64,000 nucleotides of DNA. Origin: the human T2T-CHM13v2.0 reference genome, Homo sapiens. Shown here piece by piece: positions 53,501 through 64,000 of the stretch. The notes beneath the pieces were generated by a model that had not been told where the DNA came from, did no database searches, and saw nothing but the letters and a program-made list of their open reading frames with translations. A program made the translations under genes and the position numbers. Location of the stretch: NCBI RefSeq assembly GCF_009914755.1, contig NC_060925.1. One strand, given 5' to 3'. The stretch's first letter is position 1; every line of letters starts with the position of its first letter.

Positions 53501-56199
53501 CTCTCAGAGTTTAACTTTTCTTTTCATTCAGCGGTTTGGAAACACTCTGTTTGTAAAGTCTGCACGTGGATATTTTGACCACTTAGAGGCCTTCGTTGGA
53601 AACGGGTTTTTTTCATGTAAGGCTAGACAGAAGAATTCCCAGTAACTTCCTTGTGTTGTGTGCATTCAACTCACAGAGTTGAACGTTCCCTTAGACAGAG
53701 CAGATTTGAAACACTCTATTTGTGCAATTTGCAAGTGTAGATTTCAAGCGCTTTAAGGTCAATGGCAGAAAAGGAAATATCTTCGTTTCAAAACTAGACA
53801 GAATCATTCCCACAAACTGCGTTGTAATGTGTGCGTTCAACTCACAGAGTTTAACCTTTCTTTTCATAGAGCAGTTAGGAAACACTCTGTTTGTAAAGTC
53901 TGCAAGTGGATATTCAGACCTCTTTGAGGCCTTCGTTGGAAACGGGATTTCTTCATATTCTGCTAGACAGAAGAATTCTCAGTAACTTCCTTGTGTTGTG
54001 TGTATTCAACTCACAGAGTTGAACGATCCTTTACAAAGAGCAGACTTGAAACACTCTTTCTGTGGAATTTGCAATTGGAGATTTCAGCCGCTTTGAGGAC
54101 AATGGTAGAATAGGAAATATCTTCCTATAGAAACTAGACAGAATGATTCTCAGAAACTCCTTTGTGATGTGTGCGTTCAACTCACAGAGTTTAACCTTTC
54201 TTTTCATAGAGCAGTTAGGAAACACTCTGTTTGTAAAGTCTGCAAGTGGATATTCAGACCTCTTTGAGGCCTTCGTTGGAAACGGGATTTCTTCGTATTC
54301 TGCTAGACAGAAGAATTCTCAGTAACTTCCTTGTGTTGTGTGTATTCAACTCACAGAGTTGAACGATCCTTTACACAGAGCAGACTTGAAACACTCTTTT
54401 TGTGGAATTTGCAAGTGGAGATTTCAGCCGCTTTGAGGTCAATAGTAGAAAAGGAAATATCTTCACAGAAAAACTAGACAGAATGATTCTCAGAAACTCC
54501 TTTGTGATGTGTGTGTTCAACTCACAGAGTTTAACCTTTCTTTTCATAGAGCAGTTAGTAAACACTCTGTTTATAAAGTCTGCAAGTGGATATTCAGACC
54601 CCTTTGAGGCCTTCGTTGGAAACGGGATTTCTTCATATTATGCTAGACAGAAGAATTCTCAGTAACTTCCTTGTGTTGTGTTTATTCAACTGACAGAGTT
54701 GAACTTTCATTTAGAGAGAGCAGATTTGAAACACTGTTTTTGTGGAATTTGCAAGTGGAGATTTCAAGCGCTTTGGGGCCAAAGGCAGAAAAGGAAATAT
54801 CTTCGTATAAAAACTAGACAGAATCATTCTCAGAAACTGCTGCGTGATGTGTGCGTTCAACTCTCAGAGTTTAACTTTTCTTTTCATTCAGCGGTTTGGA
54901 AACACTCTGTTTGTAAAGTCTGCACGTGGATATTTTGACCACTTAGAGGCCTTCGTTGGAAACGGGTTTTTTTCATGTAAGGCTAGACAGAAGAATTCCC
55001 AGTAACTTCCTTGTGTTGTGTGCATTCAACTCACAGAGTTGAACGATCCTTTACACAGAGCAGACTTGAAACACTCTTTTTGTGGAATTTGCAAGTGGAG
55101 ATTTCAGCCGCTTTGAGGTCAATGGTAGAATAGGAAATATCTTCCTATAGAAACTAGACAGAATGATTATCATAAACTCCTTTGTGATGTGTGCGTTCAA
55201 CTCACAGAGTTTAACCTTTCTTTTCATAGAGCAGTTAGGAAACACTCTGTTTGTAAAGTCTGCAAGTGGATATTCATACCTCTTTGAGGCCTTCGTTGGA
55301 AACGGGATTTCTTCATATTCTGCTAGACAGAAGAATTCTCAGTAACTTCCTTGTGTTGTGTGTATTCAACTCACAGAGTTGAACGATCCTTTACACAGAG
55401 CAGACTTGAAACACTCTTTTTGTGGAATTTGCAAGTGGAGATTTCAGCCGCTTTGAGGTCAATGGTAGAATAGGAAATATCTTCGTAGAAAAACTAGACA
55501 GAATGATTCTCAGAAAATCCTTTGTGATGTGTGCGTTCAACTCACAGAGTTTAACTTTTCTTTTCATAGAGCAGTTAGGAAACACTCTGTTTGTAAAGTC
55601 TGCAAGTGGATATTCAGACCTCTTTGAGGCCTTCGTTGGAAACGGGATTTCTTCATATTCTGCTAGACAGAAGAATTCTCAGTAACTTCCTTGTGTTGTG
55701 TGTATTCAACTCACACAGTTGAACGATCCTTTACACAGAGCAGACTTGAAACACTCTTTTTGTGGAATTTACAAGTGGAGATTTCAGCCGCTTTGAGGTC
55801 AATAGTAGAAAAGGAAATATCTTCGTAGAAAAACTAGACAGAATGATTCTCAGAAACTCCTTTGTGATGTGTGTTTTCAACTCACAGAGTTTAACCTTTC
55901 TTTTCATAGAGCAGTTAGTAAACACTCTGTTTATAAAGTCTGCAAGTGGATATTCAGACCCCTTTGAGGCCTTCGTTGGAAACGGGATTTCTTCATATTA
56001 TGCTAGACAGAAGAATTCTCAGTAACTTCCTTGTGTTGTGTGTATTCAACTCACAGAGTTGAACTTTCATTTAGAGAGAGCAGATTTGAAACACTGTTTT
56101 TGTGGAATTTGCAAGTGGAGATTTCAAGCGCTTTGGGGCCAAAGGCAGAAAAGGAAATATCTTCGTATAAAAACTAGACAGAATCATTCTCAGAAACTG

Positions 56200-59100
56200 C
56201 TGTGTGATGTGTGCGTTCAACTCTCAGAGTTTAACTTTTCTTTTCATTCAGCGGTTTGGAAACACTCTGTTTGTAAAGTCTGCACGTGGATATTTTGACC
56301 ACTTAGAGGCCTTCGTTGGAAACGGGTTTTTTTCATGTAAGGCTAGACAGAAGAATTCCCAGTAACTTCCTTGTGTTGTGTGCATTCAACTCACAGAGTT
56401 GAACGTTCCCTTAGACAGAGCAGATTTGAAACACTCTATTTGTGCAATTTGCAAGTGTAGATTTCAAGCGCTTTAAGGTCAATGGCAGAAAAGGAAATAT
56501 CTTCGTTTCAAAACTAGACAGAATCATTCCCACAAACTGCGTTGTGATGTGTTCGTTCAACTCACAGAGTTTAACCTTTCTGTTCATAGAGCAGTTAGGA
56601 AACACTCTGTTTGTAAAGTCTGTAAGTGGATATTCTGACATCTTGTGGCCTTCGTTGGAAACGGGATTTCTTCATATTCTGCTAGACAGAAGAATTCTCA
56701 GTAACTTCCTTGTGTTGTGTGTATTCAACTCACAGAGTTGCACGATCCTTTACACAGAGCGGACTTGAAACACTCTTTTTGTGGAATTTGCAAGTGGAGA
56801 TTTTAGCCGATTTGAGGTCAATGGTAGAATAGGAAATATCTTCCTATAGAAACTAGACAGAATGATTCTCATAAACTCCTTTGTGATGTGTGCATTCAAC
56901 TCACAGAGTTTCACCTTTCTTTTCATAGAGCAGTTAGGAAACACTCTGTTTGTAAAGTCTGCAAGTGGATATTCAGACCTCCTTGAGGCCTTCGTTGGAA
57001 ACGGGATTTCTTCATATTCTGCTAGACAGAAGAATTCTCAGTAACTTCCTTGTGTTGTGTGTATTCAACTCACAGAGTTGAACGATCCTTTACACAGAGC
57101 AGACTTGAAACACTCTTTTTGTGGAATTTGCAAGTGGAGATTTCAGCCGCTTTGAGGTCAATGGTAGAAAAGGAAACTATCTTCGTACAAAGACTAGACA
57201 GAATGATTCTCAGAAAATCCTTTGTGATGTGTGCGTTCAACTGACAGAGTTTAACTTTTCTTTTCATAGAGCAGTTAGGAAACACTCTGTTTGTAAAGTC
57301 TGCAAGTGGATATTCAGACCTCTTTGAGGCCTTCGTTGGAAACGTTATTTCTTCATATTATGCTAGACAGAATAATTGTCAGTAACTTCCTTGTGTTGTG
57401 TGTATTCAACTCACAGAGTTGAACGATCCTTTACACAGAGCAGACTTGAAACACTCTTTTTGTGGAATTTGCAAGTGGAGATTTCAGCCACTTTGAGGTC
57501 AATGGTAGAATAGGAAATATCTTCCTATAGAAACTAGACAGAATGATTCTCAGAAACTCCTTTGTGATGTGTGCGTTCAACTCACAGAATTTAACATTTC
57601 TTTTCATAGAGCAGTTAGGAAACACTCTGTTTGTAAAGTCTGCAAGTGGATATTCAGACCTCTTTGAGGCCTTCGTTGGAAACGGGATTTCTTCATATTC
57701 TGCTAGACAGAAGAATTCTCAGTAACTTCCTTTTGTTGTGTGTATTCAACTCACAGAGTTGAACGATCCTTTACACAGAGCAGACTTGAAACACTCTTTT
57801 TGTGGAATTTCCAAGTGGAGATTTCAGCCGCTTTGGGGTCAATGGTAGAATAGGAAATATCTTCGTAGAAAAACTAGACAGAATGATTCTCAGAAACTCC
57901 TTTGTGATGTGTGCGTTCAACTCACAGAGTTTAACTTTTCTTTTCATAGAGCAGTTAGGAAACACTCTGTTTGTAAAGTCTGCAAGTGGATATTCAGACC
58001 TCTTTGAGGCCTTCGTTGGAAACGGGATTTCTTCATATTCTGCTAGACAGAAGAATTCTCAGTAACTTCCTTGTGTTGTGTGTATTCAACTCACACAGTT
58101 GAACGATCCTTTACACAGAGCAGACTTGAAACACTCTTTTTGTGGAATTTGCAAGTGGAGATTTCAGCCGCTTTGAAGTCAATGGTAGAAAAGGAAACTA
58201 TCTTCGTATAAAGACTAGACAGAATGATTCTCAGAAAATCCTTTGTGATGTGTGCGTTCAACTCACAGAGTTTAACTTTTCTTTTCATAGAGCAGTTAGG
58301 AAACACTCTGTTTGTAAAGTCTGCAAGTGGATATTCAGACCCTTTTGAGGCCTTCGTTGGAAACGGGATTTCTTCATATTATGCTAGACAGAAGAATTCT
58401 CAGTAACTTCCTTGTGTTGTGTTTATTCAACTGACAGAGTTGAACTTTCATTTAGAGAGAGCAGATTTGAAACACTGTTTTTGTGGAATTTGCAAGTGGA
58501 GATTTCAACCGCTTTGGGGCCAAAGGCAGAAAAGGAAATATCTTCGTATAAAAACTAGACAGAATCATTCTCAGAAACTGCTGCGTGATGTGTGCGTTCA
58601 ACTCTCAGAGTTTAACTTTTCTTTTCATTCAGCGGTTTGGAAACACTCTGTTTGTAAAGTCTGCACGTGGATATTTTGACCACTTAGAGGCCTTCGTTGG
58701 AAACGGGTTTTTTGCATGTAAGGCTAGACAGAAGAATTCCCAGTAACTTCCTTGTGTTGTGTGCATTCAACTCACAGAGTTGAACGTTCCCTTAGACAGA
58801 GCAGATTTGAAACACTCTATTTGTGCAATTTGCAAGTGTAGATTTCAAGCGCTTTAAGGTCAATGGCAGAAAAGGAAATATCTTCGTTTCAAAACTAGAC
58901 AGAATCATTCCCACAAACTGCGTTGTGATGTGTTCGTTCAACTCACAGAGTTTAACCTTTCTGTTCATAGAGCAGTTAGGAAACACTCTGTTGTAAAGTC
59001 TGTAAGTGGATATTCTGACATCTTGTGGCCTTCGTTGGAAACGGGATTTCTTCATATTCTGCTAGACAGAAGAATTCTCAGTAACTTCCTTGTGTTGTGT

Positions 59101-61150
59101 GTATTCAACTCACAGAGCTGAACGATCCTTTACACAGAGCGGACTTGAAACACTCTTTTTGTGGAATTTGCAAGTGGAGATTTCAGCCGCTTTGAGGTCA
59201 ATGGTAGAATAGGAAACTATCTTCGTAGAAAAATTAGACAGAATGGTTCTCAGAAAATCCTTTGTGATGTGTGCGTTCAACTCACAGAGTTTAACTTTTC
59301 TGTTCATAGAGCAGTTAGGAAACACTCTGTTTGTAAAGTCTGCAAGTGGATATTCAGACCTCTTTGAGGCCTTCGTTGGAAACGTTATTTCTTCATATTA
59401 TGCTAGACAGAATAATTCTCAGTAACTTCCTTGTGTTGTGTGTATTCAACTCACAGAGTTGAACGATCCTTTACACAGAGCAGACTTGAAACACTCTTTT
59501 TGTGGAATTTGCAAGTGGAGATTTCATCAAATTTGAGGTCAATAGTAGAAAAGGAAATATCTTCGTAGAAAAACTAGACAGAATGATTCTCAGAAAGTCC
59601 TTTGTGATGTGTGTTTTCAACTCACAGAGTTTAACCTTTCTTTTCATAGAGCAGTTAGTAAACACTCTGTTTATAAAGTCTGTAAGTGGATAATCAGACC
59701 CCTTTGAGGCCTTCGTTGGAAACGGGATTTCTTCATATTATGCTAGACAGAAGAATTCTCAGTAACTTCCTTGTGTTGTGTTTATTCAACTGACAGAGTT
59801 GAACTTTCATTTAGAGAGAGCAGATTTGAAACACTGTTTTTGTGGAATTTGCAAGTGGAGATTTCAAGCGCTTTGGGGCCAAAGGCAGAAAAGGAAATAT
59901 CTTCGTATAAAAACTAGACAGAATGATTCTCAGAAACTGCTGCGTGATGTGTGCGTTCAACTCTCAGAGTTTAACTTTTCTTTTCATTCAGCGGTTTGGA
60001 AACACTCTGTTTGTAAAGTCTGCACGTGGATATTTTGACCACTTAGAGGCCTTCGTTGGAAACGGGTATTTTTCATGTAAGGCTAGACAGAAGAATTCCC
60101 AGTAAATTCCTTGTGTTGTGTGCATTCAACTCACAGAGTTGAACGTTCCCTTAGACAGAGCAGATTTGAAACACTCTATTTGTGCAATTTGCAAGTGTAG
60201 ATTTCAAGCGCTTTAAAGGTCAATGGCAGAAAAGGGAATATCTTCGTTTCAAAACTAGACAGAATCATTCCCACAAACTGCGTTGTGATGTGTTCGTTCA
60301 ACTCACAGAGTTTAACCTTTCTGTTCATAGAGCAGTTAGGAAACACTCTGTTTGTAAAGTCTGTAAGTGGATATTCTGACATCTTGTGGCCTTCGTTGGA
60401 AACGGGATTTCTTCATATTCTGCTAGACAGAAGAATTCTCAGTAACTTCCTTGTGTTGTGTGTATTCAACTCACAGAGTTGCACGATCCTTTACACAGAG
60501 CAGACTTGAAACACTCTTTTTGTGGAATTTGCAAGTGGAGATTTCAGCCACTTTGAGGTCAATGGTAGAATAGGAAATATCTTCCTATAGAAACTAGACA
60601 GAATGATTCTCAGAAACTCCTTTGTGATGTGTGCGTTCAACTCACAGAATTTAACATTTCTTTTCATAGAGCAGTTAGGAAACACTCTGTTTGTAAAGTC
60701 TGTAAGTGGATATTCAGACCTCTTTGAGGCCTTCGTTGGAAACGGGATTTCTTCGTATTCTGCTAGACAGAAGAATTCTCAGTAACTTCCTTGTGTTGTG
60801 TGTATTCAACTCACAGAGTTGAACGATCCTTTACAGAGAGCAGACTTGAAACACTCTTTTTGTGGAATTTGCAAGTGGAGATTTCAGCCGCTTTGAGGTC
60901 AATGGTAGAATAGGAAATATCTTCGTAGAAAAACTAGACAGAATGATTCTCAGAAAATCCTTTGTGATGTGTGCGTTCAACTCACAGAGTTTAACTTTTC
61001 TTTTCATAGAGCAGTTAGGAAACACTCTGTTTGTAAAGTCTGCAAGTGGATATTCAGACCTCTTTGAGGCCTTCGTTGGAAACGTTATTTCTTCATATTA
61101 TGCTAGACAGAATAATTCTCAGTAACTTCCTTGTGTTGTGTGTATTCAAC
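56200..61150 (+). repeat. Dispersed copy of the ~22200-27150 block (offset 33994-33995)
   Basis: Collinear markers: 22756/56750, 23437/57431, 23777/57771, 24097/58091, 24425/58419, 24798/58792, 25116/59110, 25784/59778, 26496/60491. Confidence 0.82.
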
Positions 61151-64000
61151 TCACAGAGTTGAACGATCCTTTACACAGAGCAGACTTGAAACACTCTTTT
61201 TGTGTAATTTGCAAGTGGAGATTTCAGCCGATTTGAGGTCAATGGTAGAATAGGAAATATCTTCCTATAGAAACTAGACAGAATGATTCTCAGAAACTCC
61301 TTTGTGATGTGTGCGTTCAACTCACAGAATTTAACATTTCTTTTCATAGAGCAGTTAGGAAACACTCTGTTTGTAAAGTCTGCAAGTGGATATTCAGACC
61401 TCTTTGAGGCCTTCGTTGGAAACGGGATTTCTTCATATTCTGCTAGACGGAAGAATTCTCAGTAACTTCCTTGTGTTGTGTGTATTCAACTCACAGAGTT
61501 GAACGATCCTTTACAGAGAGCAGACTTGAAACACTCTTTTTGTGGAATTTGCAAGTGGAGATTTCAGCCGCTTTGAGGTCAATGGTAGAATAGGAAATAT
61601 CTTCGTAGAAAAACTAGACAGAATGATTCTCAGAAAATCCTTTGTGATGTGTGCGTTCAACTCACAGAGTTTAACTTTTCTTTTCATAGAGCAGTTAGGA
61701 AACACTCTGTTTGTAAAGTCTGCAAGTGGATATTCAGACCTCTTTGAGGCCTTCGTTGGAAACGGGATTTCTTCATATTCTGCTAGACAGAAGAATTCTC
61801 AGTAACTTCCTTGTGTTGTGTGTATTCAACTCACACAGTTGAACGATCCTTTACACAGAGCAGACTTGAAACACTCTTTTTGTGGAATTTGCAAGTGGAG
61901 ATTTCAGCCGCTTTGAGGTCAATTGTAGAAAAGGAAATATCTTCGTAGAAAAACTAGACAGAATGATTCTCAGAAACTCCTTTGTGATGTGTGTTTTCAA
62001 CTCACAGAGTTTAACCTTTCTTTTCATAGAGCAGTTAGTAAACACTCTGTTTATAAAGTCTGCAAGTGGATATTCAGACCCCTTTGAGGCCTTCGTTGGA
62101 AACGGGATTTCTTCATATTATGCTAGACAGAAGAATTCTCAGTAACTTCCTTGTGTTGTGTGTATACAACTCACAGAGTTGAACTTTCATTTAGAGAGAG
62201 CAGATTTGAAACACTGTTTTTGTGGAATTTGCAAGTGGAGATTTCAAGCGCTTTGGGGCCAAAGGCAGAAAAGGAAATATCTTCGTATAAAAACTAGACA
62301 GAATCATTCTCAGAAACTGCTGCGTGATGTGTGCGTTCAACTCTCAGAGTTTAACTTTTCTTTTCATTCAGCGGTTTGGAAACACTCTGTTTGTAAAGTC
62401 TGCACGTGGATATTTTGACCACTTAGAGGCCTTCGTTGGAAACGGGTTTTTTTCATGTAAGGCTAGACAGAAGAATTCCCAGTAACTTCCTTGTGTTGTG
62501 TGCACTCAACTCACAGAGTTGAACGTTCCCTTAGACAGAGCAGATTTGAAACACTCTATTTGTGCAATTTGCAAGCGTAGATTTCAAGCGCTTTAAGGTC
62601 AATGGCAGAAAAGGAAATATCTTCGTTTCAAAACTAGACAGAATCATTCCCACAAACTGCGTTGTGATGTGTGCGTTCAACTCACAGAGTTTAACTTTTC
62701 TTTTCATAGAGCAGTTAGGAAACACTCTGTTTGTAAAGTCTGCAAGTGGATATTCAGACCTCTTTGAGGCCTTCGTTGGAAACGGGATTTCTTCATATTC
62801 TGCTAGACAGAATAATTCTCAGTAACTTCCTTGTGTTGTGTGTATTCAACTCACAGAGTTGAATGATCCTTTACAGAGAGCAGACTTGAAACATTCTTTT
62901 TGTGGAATTTGCAAGTGGAGATTTCAGCCGCTTTGAGGTCAATGGTAGAAAAGGAAATATCTTCGTATAAAGACTAGACAGAATGATTCTCAGAAACTCC
63001 TTTGTGATGTGTGCGTTCAACTCACAGAGTTTAACTTTTCTTTTCATAGAGCAGTTAGGAAACACTCTGTTTCTAAAGTCTGCAAGTGGATATTCAGACC
63101 TCTTTGAGGCCTTCGTTGGAAACGGGATTTCTTCGTATTCTGCTAGACAGAAGAATTCTCAGTAACTTCCTTGTGTTGTGTGTATTCAACTCACAGAGTT
63201 GAAAGATCCTTTACAGAGAGCAGACTTGAAACACTCTTTTTGTGGAATTTGCAAGTGGAGATTTCAGCCGCTTTGAGGTCAATGGTAGAATAGGAAATAT
63301 CTTCCTATAGAAACTAGACAGAATGATTCTCAGAAACTCCTTTGTGATGTGTGCGTTCAACTCACAGAGTTTAACCTTTCTTTTCATAGAGCAGTTAGGA
63401 AACACTCTGTTTGTAAAGTCTGCAAGTGGATATTCAGACCTCTTTGAGGCCTTCGTTGGAAACGGGATTTCTTCATATTCTGCTAGACAGAAGAATTGTC
63501 AGTAACTTCCTTGTGTTGTGTGTATTCAACTCACAGAGTTGAACGATCCTTTACAGAGAGCAGACTTGAAACACTCTTTTTGTGGAATTTGCAAGTGGAG
63601 ATTTCATCCAATTTGAGGTCAATAGTAGAAAAGGAAATATCTTCGTAGAAAAACTAGACAGAATGATTCTCAGAAAGTCCTTTGTGATGTGTGTTTTCAA
63701 CTCACAGAGTTTAACCTTTCTTTTCATAGAGCAGTTAGTAAACACTCTGTTTATAAAGTCTGTAAGTGGATAATCAGACCCCTTTGAGGCCTTCGTTGGA
63801 AACGGGATTTCTTCATATTATGCTAGACAGAAGAATTCTCAGTAACTTCCTTGTGTTGTGTTTATACAACTGACAGAGTTGAACTTTCATTTAGAGAGAG
63901 CAGATTTGAAACACTGTTTTTGTGGAATTTGCAAGTGGAGATTTCAAGCACTTTGGGGCCAAAGGCATAAAAGGAAATATCTTCGTATAAAAACTAGACA

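Larger units (their letters stand above)
1..64000 (+). repeat. Centromeric alpha-satellite (alphoid) higher-order repeat array, SF1 dimeric type, most similar to human D1Z7/D5Z2/D19Z3 (S1C1/5/19H1L)
   Basis: Seen: continuous ~340 bp period made of alternating 169 and 171 bp monomers (ttctcag monomer starts at 91, 260, 431). Alphoid motifs (ttcaactcacagagtt, gaaacactct, tgcaagtggatatt) occur in every monomer, with a CENP-B box in every second monomer and GAATTC about once per dimer (first at 257-262). Established: a 340 bp EcoRI dimer with alternating CENP-B boxes is typical of SF1. The chr1/5/19 family call is from recognition, not a search. Confidence 0.97.

Noticed and set aside
5-63773. 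Several hundred 60-108 aa ORFs on both strands
   Set aside because: They are translations of the same satellite dimer recurring every 340 bp. Many use non-ATG starts, they overlap in conflicting frames, are broken by indels and stops, and show no recognisable domain. I used them only as position markers.
1-64000. CRISPR-like array or a repeat-plus-variable-cassette system
   Set aside because: There are no unique spacers. The sequence between conserved motifs is itself repeated at high identity, and there are no cas, recombinase or reverse transcriptase genes.
1-64000. L1/Alu insertion, inversion or array edge
   Set aside because: The ~340 bp phase is unbroken and the CENP-B box is always on the + strand. 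I saw no poly-A tail, target-site duplication or non-alphoid sequence.
1-64000. Assignment to one chromosome, or to the CENP-A/hypomethylated kinetochore domain
   Set aside because: Chromosomes 1, 5 and 19 share this HOR family, and chromatin state cannot be read from sequence. Both need alignment and epigenomic data.

Overview
All 64 kb of this window is one head-to-tail, single-orientation array of primate, very probably human, centromeric alpha-satellite DNA. The basic unit is a ~340 bp dimer (about 188 copies). Each dimer has a ~169 bp monomer carrying the CENP-B box CTTCGTTGGAAACGGGA and a ~171 bp monomer carrying a pJalpha-like box, and most dimers contain one EcoRI site. This is suprachromosomal family 1 (J1/J2) and most resembles the live array shared by chromosomes 1, 5 and 19 (D1Z7/D5Z2/D19Z3). 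I cannot tell which chromosome by eye. There are no credible genes, transposon insertions, inversions or CRISPR arrays; the ORF track is only the repeat translated over and over. I found no evidence of a new coding system. The interesting signal is higher-order structure. A diagnostic four-monomer block recurs 27 times at variable spacings of 3-29 dimers. There are two young tandem duplications (3400 and 4079 bp), multi-kb blocks re-copied at 14-34 kb offsets, and two interleaved repeat lineages. An expanded CENP-B-box-null, EcoRI-null dimer variant occurs 18 times. One deletion junction maps to a 17 bp segment overlapping the CENP-B box. All alignments were made by eye, using diagnostic variants and the ORF track as position markers, so boundaries are approximate.
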